This document shows, piece by piece, positions 18,438-28,637 of a stretch of DNA of 58,555 nucleotides. The position numbers were made by a program, and so were the translations under genes. The notes beneath the pieces are model-generated. The model was not told the DNA's origin and searched no databases. It worked only from the letters and a program-made list of their open reading frames with translations. Every line of letters starts with the position of its first letter. The first letter of the stretch is position 1. Origin of the DNA: a virus (taxonomy: Duplodnaviria; Caudoviricetes); the IMG/VR virus record IMGVR_UViG_3300006793_004421, positions 1 through 58,555 of that record; one strand, 5' to 3'.

Positions 18438-19958
18438 ATGGCTGAAAAAGAATATATTGTTTCATTACATAAGGGTGCTGATAAAAATCTAATCCTGTCT
18501 GACTTAAACAGAGATACGACTAGTGATAGTGCTATCGATAGTGCTATTGTTCCAGATAGAACTGTTAGTATTACAGATCAAAGATCTTCTAGTAAGAGAA
18601 TGTTTCATGTTACACTTACAGAAGATGAAGCTCAATCATTATTAAATCATCCAGACGTTGGCGGTGTTAACGAACCTTTAGAATGGGACGATGATTGGCT
18701 AGACTACGAACAAGAAGCAAACTGGACAAGAGATAATTCAAGTACTATAAGAACTAACTGGGGATTACGTAGACACATAGTAGAATCAAACCCGTGGGGT
18801 ACTGGTTCACAAAACGCTGACCTAGATGGTGTTTACCCATATCATTTAGATGGTACTGGTATTGACTACATACACCAAGAAAGTAAATTTAGATTTGACC
18901 ATGAACAATGGCAAGACAAAGATGGCAATAGCCGTTTACAAGAATTCCAATGGAACACACTTCCAAACATGGGTAGTATTCCTACTATTGATTATTCAAA
19001 TGTATCAGGATCAAGTTACCACGCAACGCATTGTGCAGGAATTGCTGTTGGTAAAGATTATGGCTGGGCTAAAAATGCAAACATTTATTGCTTACCTATG
19101 GACATTGTAAATAGTGCATTATGGTTTGATGCTATTAAAGAATTTCACAAAGCAAAAACACCCGACCCTGTAACAGGAGTTGTGCGTCCAACTGTAGTTG
19201 GTGCTAGTTGGGGATATAAAGCATACTTCACAAGTATGACTGCTATTCAGTTTAGAGGAGCAAACGTTGGTACTGTTAAAAGTTCGCAGTACGGAATGAT
19301 TGGAGATGGTATTAACAGATTTAATGCTAACTTATATAACTTAAATGCTGAAGTTGAAGAAATGCAAGATGAAGGTGTACACTATATGAAAAGTGCCGGT
19401 AACCAAGGACAAAAACTTTGTTACGAAGGCGATATAGACTACGATAATTATATCTTGCGTAGTGTTTCAACAGGTGGTATTTCGTCGGGTAACCCGATAT
19501 ACTATAACAGAGGTGCAGGTAATATTGGTCCTGAAACTATTGTTGTAGGTAATATTGATAGTGCATTATATTCAAACTCAGAAGCGTGTGCTACATCAAG
19601 TGATAAAGGTCCACGTGTTGATGTATACACAGCAGGTACTGACATTGTTAGTGCTACAAATACAAATTCAACAGCAGTTGCAAACTATTCAGGAACAAGT
19701 ATGTCAACACCACAAGTATCCGGAATGAGTTGTTTAGTTTTACAAGTTAATCCAGGTTGGTCTCCAGCACAGTTACGTAAGTGGTGGCAAGACAATGCAC
19801 TTAAAGAAGGTTTATATCAAGGATCAACAGACGAAAATGATGCTACTACATTCTTTGCAAACAACAGAAATTTAATGAGCCCAGATGCAACATCTAATAG
19901 AATTGCACAGTTTCCGTTTGCGGCACATTTTGGCGTAACATATAAGGACGGAGCATAG
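18438..19958 (+). CDS. Subtilisin-family (S8) serine protease, probably virion-associated
   Basis: HATHCAG, SAGN and SGTSMSTPQVSG; propeptide-like N-terminus; Glu at the catalytic Asp position. Confidence 0.85.
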   Translation: MAEKEYIVSLHKGADKNLILSDLNRDTTSDSAIDSAIVPDRTVSITDQRSSSKRMFHVTLTEDEAQSLLNHPDVGGVNEPLEWDDDWLDYEQEANWTRDNSSTIRTNWGLRRHIVESNPWGTGSQNADLDGVYPYHLDGTGIDYIHQESKFRFDHEQWQDKDGNSRLQEFQWNTLPNMGSIPTIDYSNVSGSSYHATHCAGIAVGKDYGWAKNANIYCLPMDIVNSALWFDAIKEFHKAKTPDPVTGVVRPTVVGASWGYKAYFTSMTAIQFRGANVGTVKSSQYGMIGDGINRFNANLYNLNAEVEEMQDEGVHYMKSAGNQGQKLCYEGDIDYDNYILRSVSTGGISSGNPIYYNRGAGNIGPETIVVGNIDSALYSNSEACATSSDKGPRVDVYTAGTDIVSATNTNSTAVANYSGTSMSTPQVSGMSCLVLQVNPGWSPAQLRKWWQDNALKEGLYQGSTDENDATTFFANNRNLMSPDATSNRIAQFPFAAHFGVTYKDGA

Positions 19959-19959
19959 T

Positions 19960-21582
19960 ATGGCTGAATATATTGTAGTTACAGAAAAAGGTATAGACGT
20001 TGCAGTAGTTGATACTGATTTACAAAGAGATACATCAACTGATGATTCTGTTAACAGTAGTCTTGTACCTGATAGAATTGTACCAGTAGTTAATGCTAGA
20101 CCTGCTAATAACAGAATGACGCATTATGATCTTACTGACGAAGAAGCCGCGGCATTATCAAATGATCCAAGAGTGCTATCAGTAGCAGGTGTTCCAGACA
20201 AAGAAACACAAGAACTGTATGCTACACAAAATGCAGAATTTCAAAGAAGTTTTACAAACGGTTCAAATAGTGTTAACTGGGGATTAGATAGACATACTGA
20301 TCCAGACTTAACTTACAATTCATCAAGCACACGTACAGCTGATTATAATTATACACTAGACGGAACAGGTATTGACATGGTTATTCAAGACGATGGTGTA
20401 CAAGTTGATCATCCTGAATGGGAAGATGCAAACGGAGTAAGTAGATTTCAACAAGTTGATTGGTATGAACTAACAGGATTAGCAGGAACAATGCCTAGTA
20501 GCTTTTATGCTAACACATCAAATGATACAAATGCCGCAGGTGCTCATGGAAGTCATTGTGCAGGAATTGCCGCAGGTAAAACATACGGTTGGGCAAAGAA
20601 TGCAAAAATTTATTCAATGAGAATCTTTGGTGGAAGTAATCATAGTATCGATACTGATCGTTATGATTTAATTAGATTATTCCACGAACAAAAACCAGTT
20701 GATCCAGATACAGGATTTAAACGTCCTACTATTGTAAATCAAAGTTGGGGGTATAGTTGGTATTATAGAAATGGTTCTTTTGGTTCTGCACAAGTACAAT
20801 CAATTTTTTATAGAGGCGTTGATCAAAGTATTGCGGCACAGCAATGGACAAGTGGAACATTTTCACAATACGGTGCAGTAGCAAGTAGACATCCAATGTC
20901 ATACACACCAGCTGATGTTGAACAAGAACAATTAACTGATGCAGGAGTAATATGTGTCAAAGCCGCAGGCAATGGATATCATCCATGTGCTGGTTCTTCC
21001 GCAGGAGAATATGCTGATACAATATATGACAGTTACTATACACTTAATGAAACATGGGCTAGTTATATTACTGCTGGTAATCCTATATACTATAATAGAC
21101 CAAGTAGTCCACATTCATTAGACACAATATGGGTTGGCAACATGGCGGCTGATCAATATGGTTCAGAAGAATTTTTAAGAGAAGATAGTGAGCGTGGTGC
21201 TAGACTAGATATCAATGCCGCAGGTGAACAAATTACAAGTGTTACAAGTGGTGCATCTACATACAGTACTAAACAAGCATACCCAGGTAATAGCAGTTAT
21301 TATATTGCAAGAATTAGTGGAACAAGTATGGCGGCTCCGCAAGTAACAGGAATGGGTGCTTTATGGTTACAAGCAAACCCAGGTGGTTCAGCGGCGGACT
21401 TTAAGAAGTTCTTAGCAAATAGTTCAAAAGAAGATTTATATGATAGCGGAAACGCTGACAGTTTTAATGCTAGTAATAACATTCCTAGATTATATGGTGG
21501 TACACGTAAAGTAGCGTACTGGCCTTATAATAGTCCAAACAACGTTAGCTACAAAGGTACTAGCGGTAGTGGACAAGGATAA
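19960..21582 (+). CDS. Subtilisin-family (S8) serine protease, tandem paralog
   Basis: IQDDG, HGSHCAG, AAGN and SGTSMAAPQVTG. Confidence 0.9.
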   Translation: MAEYIVVTEKGIDVAVVDTDLQRDTSTDDSVNSSLVPDRIVPVVNARPANNRMTHYDLTDEEAAALSNDPRVLSVAGVPDKETQELYATQNAEFQRSFTNGSNSVNWGLDRHTDPDLTYNSSSTRTADYNYTLDGTGIDMVIQDDGVQVDHPEWEDANGVSRFQQVDWYELTGLAGTMPSSFYANTSNDTNAAGAHGSHCAGIAAGKTYGWAKNAKIYSMRIFGGSNHSIDTDRYDLIRLFHEQKPVDPDTGFKRPTIVNQSWGYSWYYRNGSFGSAQVQSIFYRGVDQSIAAQQWTSGTFSQYGAVASRHPMSYTPADVEQEQLTDAGVICVKAAGNGYHPCAGSSAGEYADTIYDSYYTLNETWASYITAGNPIYYNRPSSPHSLDTIWVGNMAADQYGSEEFLREDSERGARLDINAAGEQITSVTSGASTYSTKQAYPGNSSYYIARISGTSMAAPQVTGMGALWLQANPGGSAADFKKFLANSSKEDLYDSGNADSFNASNNIPRLYGGTRKVAYWPYNSPNNVSYKGTSGSGQG

Positions 21583-21605
21583 ATACAATATAAGAGAGAG
21601 AAAAT

Positions 21606-22310
21606 ATGGCTTTACAAACAATTAACATTGGTACACTAGCAAACGATGGAACAGGTGATGATCTTCGTGAAGCGTTTATTAAGGTAAATCAAAACTTTGA
21701 TGACTTAGATTTACGCTCTCCAGAAAGCACAACTGTTGCTAATATGGGTGCTGTGGGTGAAGGTTTATTTTCACAAAAAGTTGGAGCAGAAATCCAACTT
21801 AAAAAACTAGTACAAGGTTCTAATGTAACGCTAACAAGTACTCCACAAGGAGTTACGATTAACGCTACAGGCGGATTACAAGCATTAAGCGTAGTTTCAG
21901 ACTCTGGAAGTGTAGTACTTGCAGATGGCGGAGCTCTTAACATATACGGTGGCGCAGGTACAACTACATCAGTAACAGGTAATGTTTTAACAATTGATTC
22001 AAATGCAGTAATATCAACAGATACTACTCCAGCATTAGGTGGTAACTTAGATGCCGCTGGTTTTAACATAAGCAATGTTGGAACTATTACAGCAAGTGAT
22101 TTTAACGGACCTGTAACAGGTAACTTACAAGGCTTAGTATACGGAATTGATATTAGAAGTATTGAACCAAATACAGCAGGATTTGACTTTGGAACGCTAA
22201 GTAATGATGTAAGGGGTTTTAGTGACTGGCTACTTTACGAAACAGACATAGACTTTGGAGGATATATGACTCCTGATGCTAGAAATTTTGACGCAGGAGT
22301 GATAAGCTAA
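21606..22310 (+). CDS. Virion structural protein with gp9/gp10-like N-terminus
   Basis: INIGTLANDGTGDDLREAFIKVNQNF; late promoter at 21578. Confidence 0.8.
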   Translation: MALQTINIGTLANDGTGDDLREAFIKVNQNFDDLDLRSPESTTVANMGAVGEGLFSQKVGAEIQLKKLVQGSNVTLTSTPQGVTINATGGLQALSVVSDSGSVVLADGGALNIYGGAGTTTSVTGNVLTIDSNAVISTDTTPALGGNLDAAGFNISNVGTITASDFNGPVTGNLQGLVYGIDIRSIEPNTAGFDFGTLSNDVRGFSDWLLYETDIDFGGYMTPDARNFDAGVIS

Positions 22311-22311
22311 T

Positions 22312-23190
22312 ATGGCAACATTAACAATTACATCAAATGGATTACCTAATCCAGCACAATTTGGTAAAACGTTCGGCAACAATGCATTTGCACCTAGTTC
22401 GAACACAGCTCAATCGCAAACTTATAACTATTCATTCACATTCAGAGGTGGAGAGAATACTGAAAACGCACAGCTAATTACTTCATTAGCACCATTAGGT
22501 ATTATGTCAAATGGTGTTGTGTTTTACGGACCATCAGCAGGTATTGGTGTTGTACCCCCAGGGTTAGATGCTACAGCAGATGCACCATCAGTAGGCTTTG
22601 AATATAACGCACAACAATTTAGAACAAATTACGGAAGTGACGATGCAGGTGGATGGCCAGAAACAAATGGTCAATATCATTACATGTCAGCAATGTTCTT
22701 ATTTTTACCAACAGGTTCAGCTGAAGCAACTGCGGGTTGGAATACAGACATGGTTGCTACAGAAGCAAGTCCAACTCCAACATATTACACAGGAAGTAAC
22801 TTCAGTGGAGATCACTTTAGACATACAGATGGACACAGTAAGATTGTAGGTTATGCATTTGACGGTTATCCTATTTACGGTCCTTATGGCTATTCAGACT
22901 TTAATGATCCAGCTTCAGTAGTAACTAGAATGACTAGTTCATATCAATACTATAGCAGTGAACAACCAGGGCGTGGTTATTTGTATTCAGAAAAGAACGC
23001 AGGTGCGTTTGTTAATGATCATGAATATCAAATAGGTACAGGTACACTAGATGAATACAATGGTAGATTTGCAAAAACTCCAGAATATCCAGCAGGTACA
23101 TATGCATACTATATGAGCGTAGATGCAAGTTTACAGCCCGTATATCCATACATTGTAGGTCCTAGCACTAAACAACAACGTGCATTCTAA
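22312..23190 (+). CDS. YHYH-domain protein
   Basis: GIMSNGV, GQYHY, HSKIVGYAFDGYPIYGP, LDEYNG and YAYY motifs. Confidence 0.85.
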   Translation: MATLTITSNGLPNPAQFGKTFGNNAFAPSSNTAQSQTYNYSFTFRGGENTENAQLITSLAPLGIMSNGVVFYGPSAGIGVVPPGLDATADAPSVGFEYNAQQFRTNYGSDDAGGWPETNGQYHYMSAMFLFLPTGSAEATAGWNTDMVATEASPTPTYYTGSNFSGDHFRHTDGHSKIVGYAFDGYPIYGPYGYSDFNDPASVVTRMTSSYQYYSSEQPGRGYLYSEKNAGAFVNDHEYQIGTGTLDEYNGRFAKTPEYPAGTYAYYMSVDASLQPVYPYIVGPSTKQQRAF

Positions 23191-23236
23191 TAATAACATA
23201 TCCGATAAATACTAGTAAGTTAAAGGATATGCAAAA

Positions 23237-26200
23237 ATGGCAGTACCAAGTTGGACTCAAAAATCAGGTTATAATCTAGCAACTCTACAAGAAAGAGTTA
23301 CAACATCGGTTTCATTACCGTTGGACCCAACTGTTGGCGGCAACAGTGGATTTAATCCTAGCAATCAAAGTTTAAGTTTTCCGGCGCAACCAGCGTTAGG
23401 TAATGCTAGTGACATTAGCATTAGTATTGACCATGTTGATACTTATGGTGCTAACGTAACTACATCATATCCATCACCAGCTATACGTGTTCCAACAATT
23501 CCAGGATTAACAGGTAAACTAATTCCTGTTGTTATTATATTACACCCACAAGGTAGTACAGGTGCTAATATGATTAACGATTGGCAAAACTATCTAGGAG
23601 ACCATATTATTATTGCTCCAGATAAACCGTTAAATGATTGGAATGTAATCGACGAAGATACTAACAAATCTCCAGACATTGAAATGCTACGTCAACTAGT
23701 TGCTAAACTTAAACAGTTTTCAAATGTAGACGGTGGCGAAATTAAATTACTTGGTATTAACAATGGTGGACTATTAGTTAATCGTGCAATACTAGAATTA
23801 GACGTAGTTGGTATAAAAGATTACGCTACTATTAATGCTCCGTTGTTTAGTCCAATGTTTAGAAACGGAACTTTTTACTTTCCGTCATCAGAAGCAAATA
23901 CAGGTAATGCCGCAGACGATTATAACACAAATACGTCTGTTAAACAAGCTAAAAGAATATTAACGATACAAAGTACTGATGGCGACACAGACGTTGCTAC
24001 AACGAACGATATGATGCCCTACGTAGGAGGTTTTGTTGACCCAAGTACTAACGTAGCACCTAACTATAGTACAACACCAGTTACATGGTTAAGTGGACAA
24101 GAAACAGCATATCAATGGGCTAAGTCACAAGGCTATATTGGTGGACAAATACCAGATGTTGGTGGAACATTTTACGGACAATATAATACATATTATTATT
24201 CATACCTAGCAGGGCAAGTACTACACTACAAAACAAGTGGAAGTAGTGACTATGTAACAACTGAATTATGGTATAGAGATATTGTAAGAAGTTACTTTAC
24301 ATATACACCATCAATTCTAAAAGACATTTATCTAGCAGACGGATCACCAACTAGTATCAGCTTAAACACAGATGTTGTTACATTAATTAGTGGTGAGTTA
24401 CCTCCTGGTATGAGATTAGAACAAAGTAAAATTGTTGGTACACCCTTTGAAGTATCACGTAACACCGAATTTAAATTTGTATTACGTGCAACCAATGACG
24501 ATGGTTTAAGAGATAGAACATTTACAATAACCGTTGAAGGACCTGATGATCCTGTATGGGCAACATCAGAAGGACTATTACCATTAGGACGAGGAAGTGC
24601 TACATTTGTTTTAGATAGTAGTATTGTTGACTTTCAATTAGAAGCAATTGATGCTGATTTGCCTACAGGGCAAACACTTGAATATTTTATTGGTGACGAT
24701 GATGGCGAATTACCGCCAGGATTACAATTAACATCAGACGGACGTTTAGTAGGAATTGTTGATCCTATTTTAGCAATAGATAAAAATGCAGGTAGTGGAT
24801 TTTATGATGCATCACAGTTTGACTCATATGCGTTTGACTTTGGTTTAAGAAGTGCTAACGGATTTGAAAGTTATTACTATGACACAAAAGGATACGATGA
24901 TGCTATCCTAACACAAAGTAGAAAAAAATTAAATCGCAGATATGCATTTGATGTAAGTGTAAGTGATGGCGATACAATTATTAAAAGAGCATTTGAAATA
25001 TTTCTTGTAGGAGATGACTTCCTACGTGCTGATAACACAGTTATGCAAATTGGTACTGGTGTGTTTAAAGCAGACAACACTTATTTAAGAACACCTGTTT
25101 GGTTAACTCCAGCAGACTTAGGATTTAAACGTGCAAATAACTATGTAACAATTTACTTAGATGTGTTTGATCCACAAGCTGTACTAGGTGATTTGACATA
25201 TACATTTGAAGCAACTAATCCTGACAACACTCCTAGTACACTTCCACCAGGAATGGTATTAGATATTACTACTGGTGAAATTGCAGGTCGTGTTCCATAC
25301 CAACCAGCAGTTACAAAAGAATACAAATTTACAATTAATGCACAACGCTTTACAAGTATTGGGCAAGAACTAATTGCTGAAAAAAGAAAAACATTTACAG
25401 TTAAAATATTAGGTGAAGTTGAAAGTACAATTAAGTGGACAACAACATCAGACTTGGGCAGTATCAAAGCAAACTTTGTTAGTACGTTTTATGTAAATGC
25501 ATTAACAAGTGTTACAGACAGTTCATTACTTTACACATTAGCAAGTGGTAGACTTCCACCAGGATTAAGTTTAAACTTTGATGGAGAGATTGTTGGTAAA
25601 GTTAGACAGTTTGCAACTAGTACAGGCGATGGTCTTTCAACTATTGATAATAATCAGTTTACACTTGACGGCGGTACTACAACTATAGATAGAAAGTTTA
25701 TCTTTACAGTACAAGCAAGAGACCGTTTTGGATTTAGTTCAACAACTAGATCATTTAATATTATTGTAAAAGATCCTGACAACTTAACATATAGTAACTT
25801 ATACGTTAAGCCGTTATTCAAAGAAACACAACGACAAATATACAAAAACTTTATTGGTGACAGTAACATCTTTACACCAAACAGCATTTATAGACCAAAC
25901 GATACACAATTTGGATTACAAAAAGAAGTTAAGATGTTAGTATACGCTGGCATTGAAACTAAAGAAATTAAAGAGTATGTTGCGGCTTCTAGAAAAAATC
26001 ATAAACGTAAAAGATTTAACTTTGGATCTTTGAAAACTGCTGAAGCTAAAAACAGTGGATCAAACACAGTACTATATGAAGTAATTTATGTAGAAGTAAA
26101 AGATCCGTTAGAAGCAACTAAAGGCAAAGTGTCTAAGTCAATAAGCATTGCTAATAAAAAGAAAATTACAGTTGATAGTGTTGAATATGAAACTCGTGAT

Positions 26201-26797
26201 GATGCTAGTAAAGAAGGAGCAGGTGAAGCTGTTTTCCAAATTAGAAATAGTATTAATCAAATTATTAATGTTAGAGCATTTGGTAATGACTTAGAAATTA
26301 TTACTAGAGCAGGTTCTGTTATATATGATGCAAACGGAACTATTGAAATTACAACTAGAAATGGTGCTACATTAAAAGCAGGACAAATTGCTACTACAAG
26401 TAGTGATCCGTTTAGATTTAGACCAACACATAATACAATTAAAGTAGACAGTGATGCTGTCCAAATTAGTAACCCAGCTGACCAAAAACGTTTCGTAAGT
26501 AACGTAACAAATATGCGTGAAAACATAGCAGACGCAGGTGTTACAGAAGGTAGTTTCTTACCAATTTGGATGTCAACTGCCCAAGGTACAGGTGTACAAG
26601 AACTAGGGTATGTAACAGCAGTACCGTTATGCTACTGTAAACCAGGAACAGCGGCACAAATTTTATTAAATATAACTAATAGTGGGTTCGATTTTAAGAA
26701 TTTAGACTTTGAAATTGATAGATACATTGTTGATGCTACAACAGGCAACAGCGATGAGCAGTATATTGCTTTCGGAAACTATCAATATAATGTTTAA
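23237..26797 (+). CDS. Baseplate wedge-like structural protein with Ig-like (He_PIG-type) repeats and an inserted alpha/beta-hydrolase-like domain
   Basis: Repeated GELPPGL/M...G.I.G Ig-like units; C-terminal FDFKNLDFEIDRYIVD; N-terminal insert PVVIILH...LGINNGG. Confidence 0.75.
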   Translation: MAVPSWTQKSGYNLATLQERVTTSVSLPLDPTVGGNSGFNPSNQSLSFPAQPALGNASDISISIDHVDTYGANVTTSYPSPAIRVPTIPGLTGKLIPVVIILHPQGSTGANMINDWQNYLGDHIIIAPDKPLNDWNVIDEDTNKSPDIEMLRQLVAKLKQFSNVDGGEIKLLGINNGGLLVNRAILELDVVGIKDYATINAPLFSPMFRNGTFYFPSSEANTGNAADDYNTNTSVKQAKRILTIQSTDGDTDVATTNDMMPYVGGFVDPSTNVAPNYSTTPVTWLSGQETAYQWAKSQGYIGGQIPDVGGTFYGQYNTYYYSYLAGQVLHYKTSGSSDYVTTELWYRDIVRSYFTYTPSILKDIYLADGSPTSISLNTDVVTLISGELPPGMRLEQSKIVGTPFEVSRNTEFKFVLRATNDDGLRDRTFTITVEGPDDPVWATSEGLLPLGRGSATFVLDSSIVDFQLEAIDADLPTGQTLEYFIGDDDGELPPGLQLTSDGRLVGIVDPILAIDKNAGSGFYDASQFDSYAFDFGLRSANGFESYYYDTKGYDDAILTQSRKKLNRRYAFDVSVSDGDTIIKRAFEIFLVGDDFLRADNTVMQIGTGVFKADNTYLRTPVWLTPADLGFKRANNYVTIYLDVFDPQAVLGDLTYTFEATNPDNTPSTLPPGMVLDITTGEIAGRVPYQPAVTKEYKFTINAQRFTSIGQELIAEKRKTFTVKILGEVESTIKWTTTSDLGSIKANFVSTFYVNALTSVTDSSLLYTLASGRLPPGLSLNFDGEIVGKVRQFATSTGDGLSTIDNNQFTLDGGTTTIDRKFIFTVQARDRFGFSSTTRSFNIIVKDPDNLTYSNLYVKPLFKETQRQIYKNFIGDSNIFTPNSIYRPNDTQFGLQKEVKMLVYAGIETKEIKEYVAASRKNHKRKRFNFGSLKTAEAKNSGSNTVLYEVIYVEVKDPLEATKGKVSKSISIANKKKITVDSVEYETRDDASKEGAGEAVFQIRNSINQIINVRAFGNDLEIITRAGSVIYDANGTIEITTRNGATLKAGQIATTSSDPFRFRPTHNTIKVDSDAVQISNPADQKRFVSNVTNMRENIADAGVTEGSFLPIWMSTAQGTGVQELGYVTAVPLCYCKPGTAAQILLNITNSGFDFKNLDFEIDRYIVDATTGNSDEQYIAFGNYQYNV

Positions 26798-26831
26798 CAC
26801 GGATAAATACATACACTAGAGAGGAACAAAT

Positions 26832-27410
26832 ATGGCAAGTAATATTGATAACACGAGTATTGATTCGACATTTCCGGTAGCTGGACAAGACAACGACAGC
26901 CAAGGATTTAGAAATAACTTCAATACTATTAAGAACAATTTCACAGCCGCAAAGAATGAAATTGAAGATTTGCAGACAAATACTGCAAAATTAAATGCGG
27001 CTAACAACTTTCTAGGTAACGATGTAAGTGGAGCAAACCTAATTGCTAACACAGAGAAACATTACCCAGGTGGTACTGTTACAGGTCCAACAAACGTAAG
27101 TTTTACTAATGGTAACTTCCAAACGTTTACTATTGGATCTAACACACTTACACTAACGTTCACTGATTGGTCTACTGCTAACAAAGTTGGTAAGATTAGA
27201 CTAATGCTTTTGGATACGCTAGGAGACAGTACAGCACGTACAGTTTCATTTGCTACAGAAAACGGAACTATTAAGTATGGTACAAACGGAGACAATCCTT
27301 TTCCATCACCGTTTATTGTAAACAGCAACAGTGATCCAGTTTGCGTTGACGTATGGACTTATGACGGTGGAATAACAGTCTACGCACAGTACGTCGGTCA
27401 ATTCTCATAA
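26832..27410 (+). CDS. Virion structural protein
   Basis: FPVAGQDNDSQGFRNNF N-terminus with a coiled coil; late promoter at 26802. Confidence 0.7.
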   Translation: MASNIDNTSIDSTFPVAGQDNDSQGFRNNFNTIKNNFTAAKNEIEDLQTNTAKLNAANNFLGNDVSGANLIANTEKHYPGGTVTGPTNVSFTNGNFQTFTIGSNTLTLTFTDWSTANKVGKIRLMLLDTLGDSTARTVSFATENGTIKYGTNGDNPFPSPFIVNSNSDPVCVDVWTYDGGITVYAQYVGQFS

Positions 27411-27421
27411 GGTATTAAATA

Positions 27422-27646
27422 ATGGATCATCCACTACTATCAGATCTCTCGTCTTTAACAGACGAAGAAATATCAGAAAAGGTTAATAGCCTAACTCAAA
27501 AGTGGTTCCAAACTAGAAATCCCGAAGCTCAGTATCAAATCCAAACTATGTTAGATACATATAAATTAGAAATGATTGACAGATCGAGCAAATCAAAACC
27601 AGAAGATGGCAATAAAGATCTTGACAATCTTATCAACATAAGTTAA
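27422..27646 (+). CDS. Hypothetical protein
   Basis: 74-aa ORF with SD AAGG, in operon context. Confidence 0.7.
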   Translation: MDHPLLSDLSSLTDEEISEKVNSLTQKWFQTRNPEAQYQIQTMLDTYKLEMIDRSSKSKPEDGNKDLDNLINIS

Positions 27647-27649
27647 AAT
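27621..27649 (+). promoter_or_regulatory. Sigma70-type promoter (leaderless start)
   Basis: TTGACA, 17 nt, TAAAAT, then 6 nt to ATG 27656. Confidence 0.7.
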
Positions 27650-27655
27650 AAGTGT

Positions 27656-28180
27656 ATGCTTATGAAAACTGATGACTTGGGTATCCCCAGATTTACAAAC
27701 AAAGACTTAATTGATATGATCTATACAGGACATATCGACAAGTGTCATATTGTTCTTTGTGATCCAAGTGATGATATTGATAAGTTTAATACATTAGCAC
27801 AGGATAACGGATTAGCAGGACTTAATACCTATATACCGTTAGATGTTGATAAAGAAGAATTTGATGAAACACTCCAAACAGACTGGTTTATGCCTGAAAA
27901 GTATAAAACCATGGACATTTATAATTACGTATTAGATAAGTGTCCTAACGATACTGCTAAAATGGCTAGAACTTGTGAAGAACTAACAGAGTACGATAGA
28001 CGTAATATGTTTGACTTATTAAAGTATATGGTATATTTGGTAGACTTTATGCGTGAAAACGATATTGTATGGGGAGTGGGTAGAGGTAGTAGTGTATCCA
28101 GCTATGTACTATACTTAATTGGTGTACATAAAGTAGATTCCGTCCAGTTTGACCTAGACTACCATGAGTTCATGAGATAA
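27656..28180 (+). CDS. DNA polymerase III alpha (DnaE)-like N-terminal palm fragment
   Basis: WGVGRGSSVSSYVLYLIGVHKVD matches the DnaE GxGRGS motif. The protein ends before the PDIDxD catalytic motif. Confidence 0.75.
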   Translation: MLMKTDDLGIPRFTNKDLIDMIYTGHIDKCHIVLCDPSDDIDKFNTLAQDNGLAGLNTYIPLDVDKEEFDETLQTDWFMPEKYKTMDIYNYVLDKCPNDTAKMARTCEELTEYDRRNMFDLLKYMVYLVDFMRENDIVWGVGRGSSVSSYVLYLIGVHKVDSVQFDLDYHEFMR

Positions 28181-28208
28181 ATACGTATATAACCAGGAGA
28201 ATATAATT

Positions 28209-28637
28209 ATGGCAATGAAGCAAACAGGTCGTAAAGTTTACAAAAGTATGCAAGGTAAGTCCGTTGATATGGATCTACTACGCCAACGTAATGAACTTAC
28301 ACCAGCAGTAGGAAATGCTAGAGTTAATGCACGTGGTGACGAATTAGGTCCAGGTGGACAAATTGTTCGTAAGCGTGATGAAATTCTAGACGAGTATTAC
28401 AAAGATCACCCTCAAGCAGTTGCAGACGAAGTAGCAGGAACACAACCGGTACAAGAGCCAGTTGCAGAACCTGTAGCGGAAGTTAAAGAAACTGTTAAAG
28501 CTACACCGAAAAAAGCAGTAAAAGCTACTCCTTCTAAAATAGAAGCAGAGATGGCGGCTATTGATGAAGAAGCAGACGAAACAGGTACAGCGTGGGTAGA
28601 AGACGCTGATGGTAATTTTGTGAAAAAAGGTGACTAA
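28209..28637 (+). CDS. Hypothetical late protein
   Basis: SD AGGAG, late promoter at 28176; AVGNARVNARGDELGPGG followed by a low-complexity tail. Confidence 0.75.
   Translation: MAMKQTGRKVYKSMQGKSVDMDLLRQRNELTPAVGNARVNARGDELGPGGQIVRKRDEILDEYYKDHPQAVADEVAGTQPVQEPVAEPVAEVKETVKATPKKAVKATPSKIEAEMAAIDEEADETGTAWVEDADGNFVKKGD

Noticed and set aside
8627-27328. Many 60-165 aa minus-strand ORFs across the structural block
   Set aside because: All are nested antisense to long, motif-bearing genes and lack SD or promoter support.
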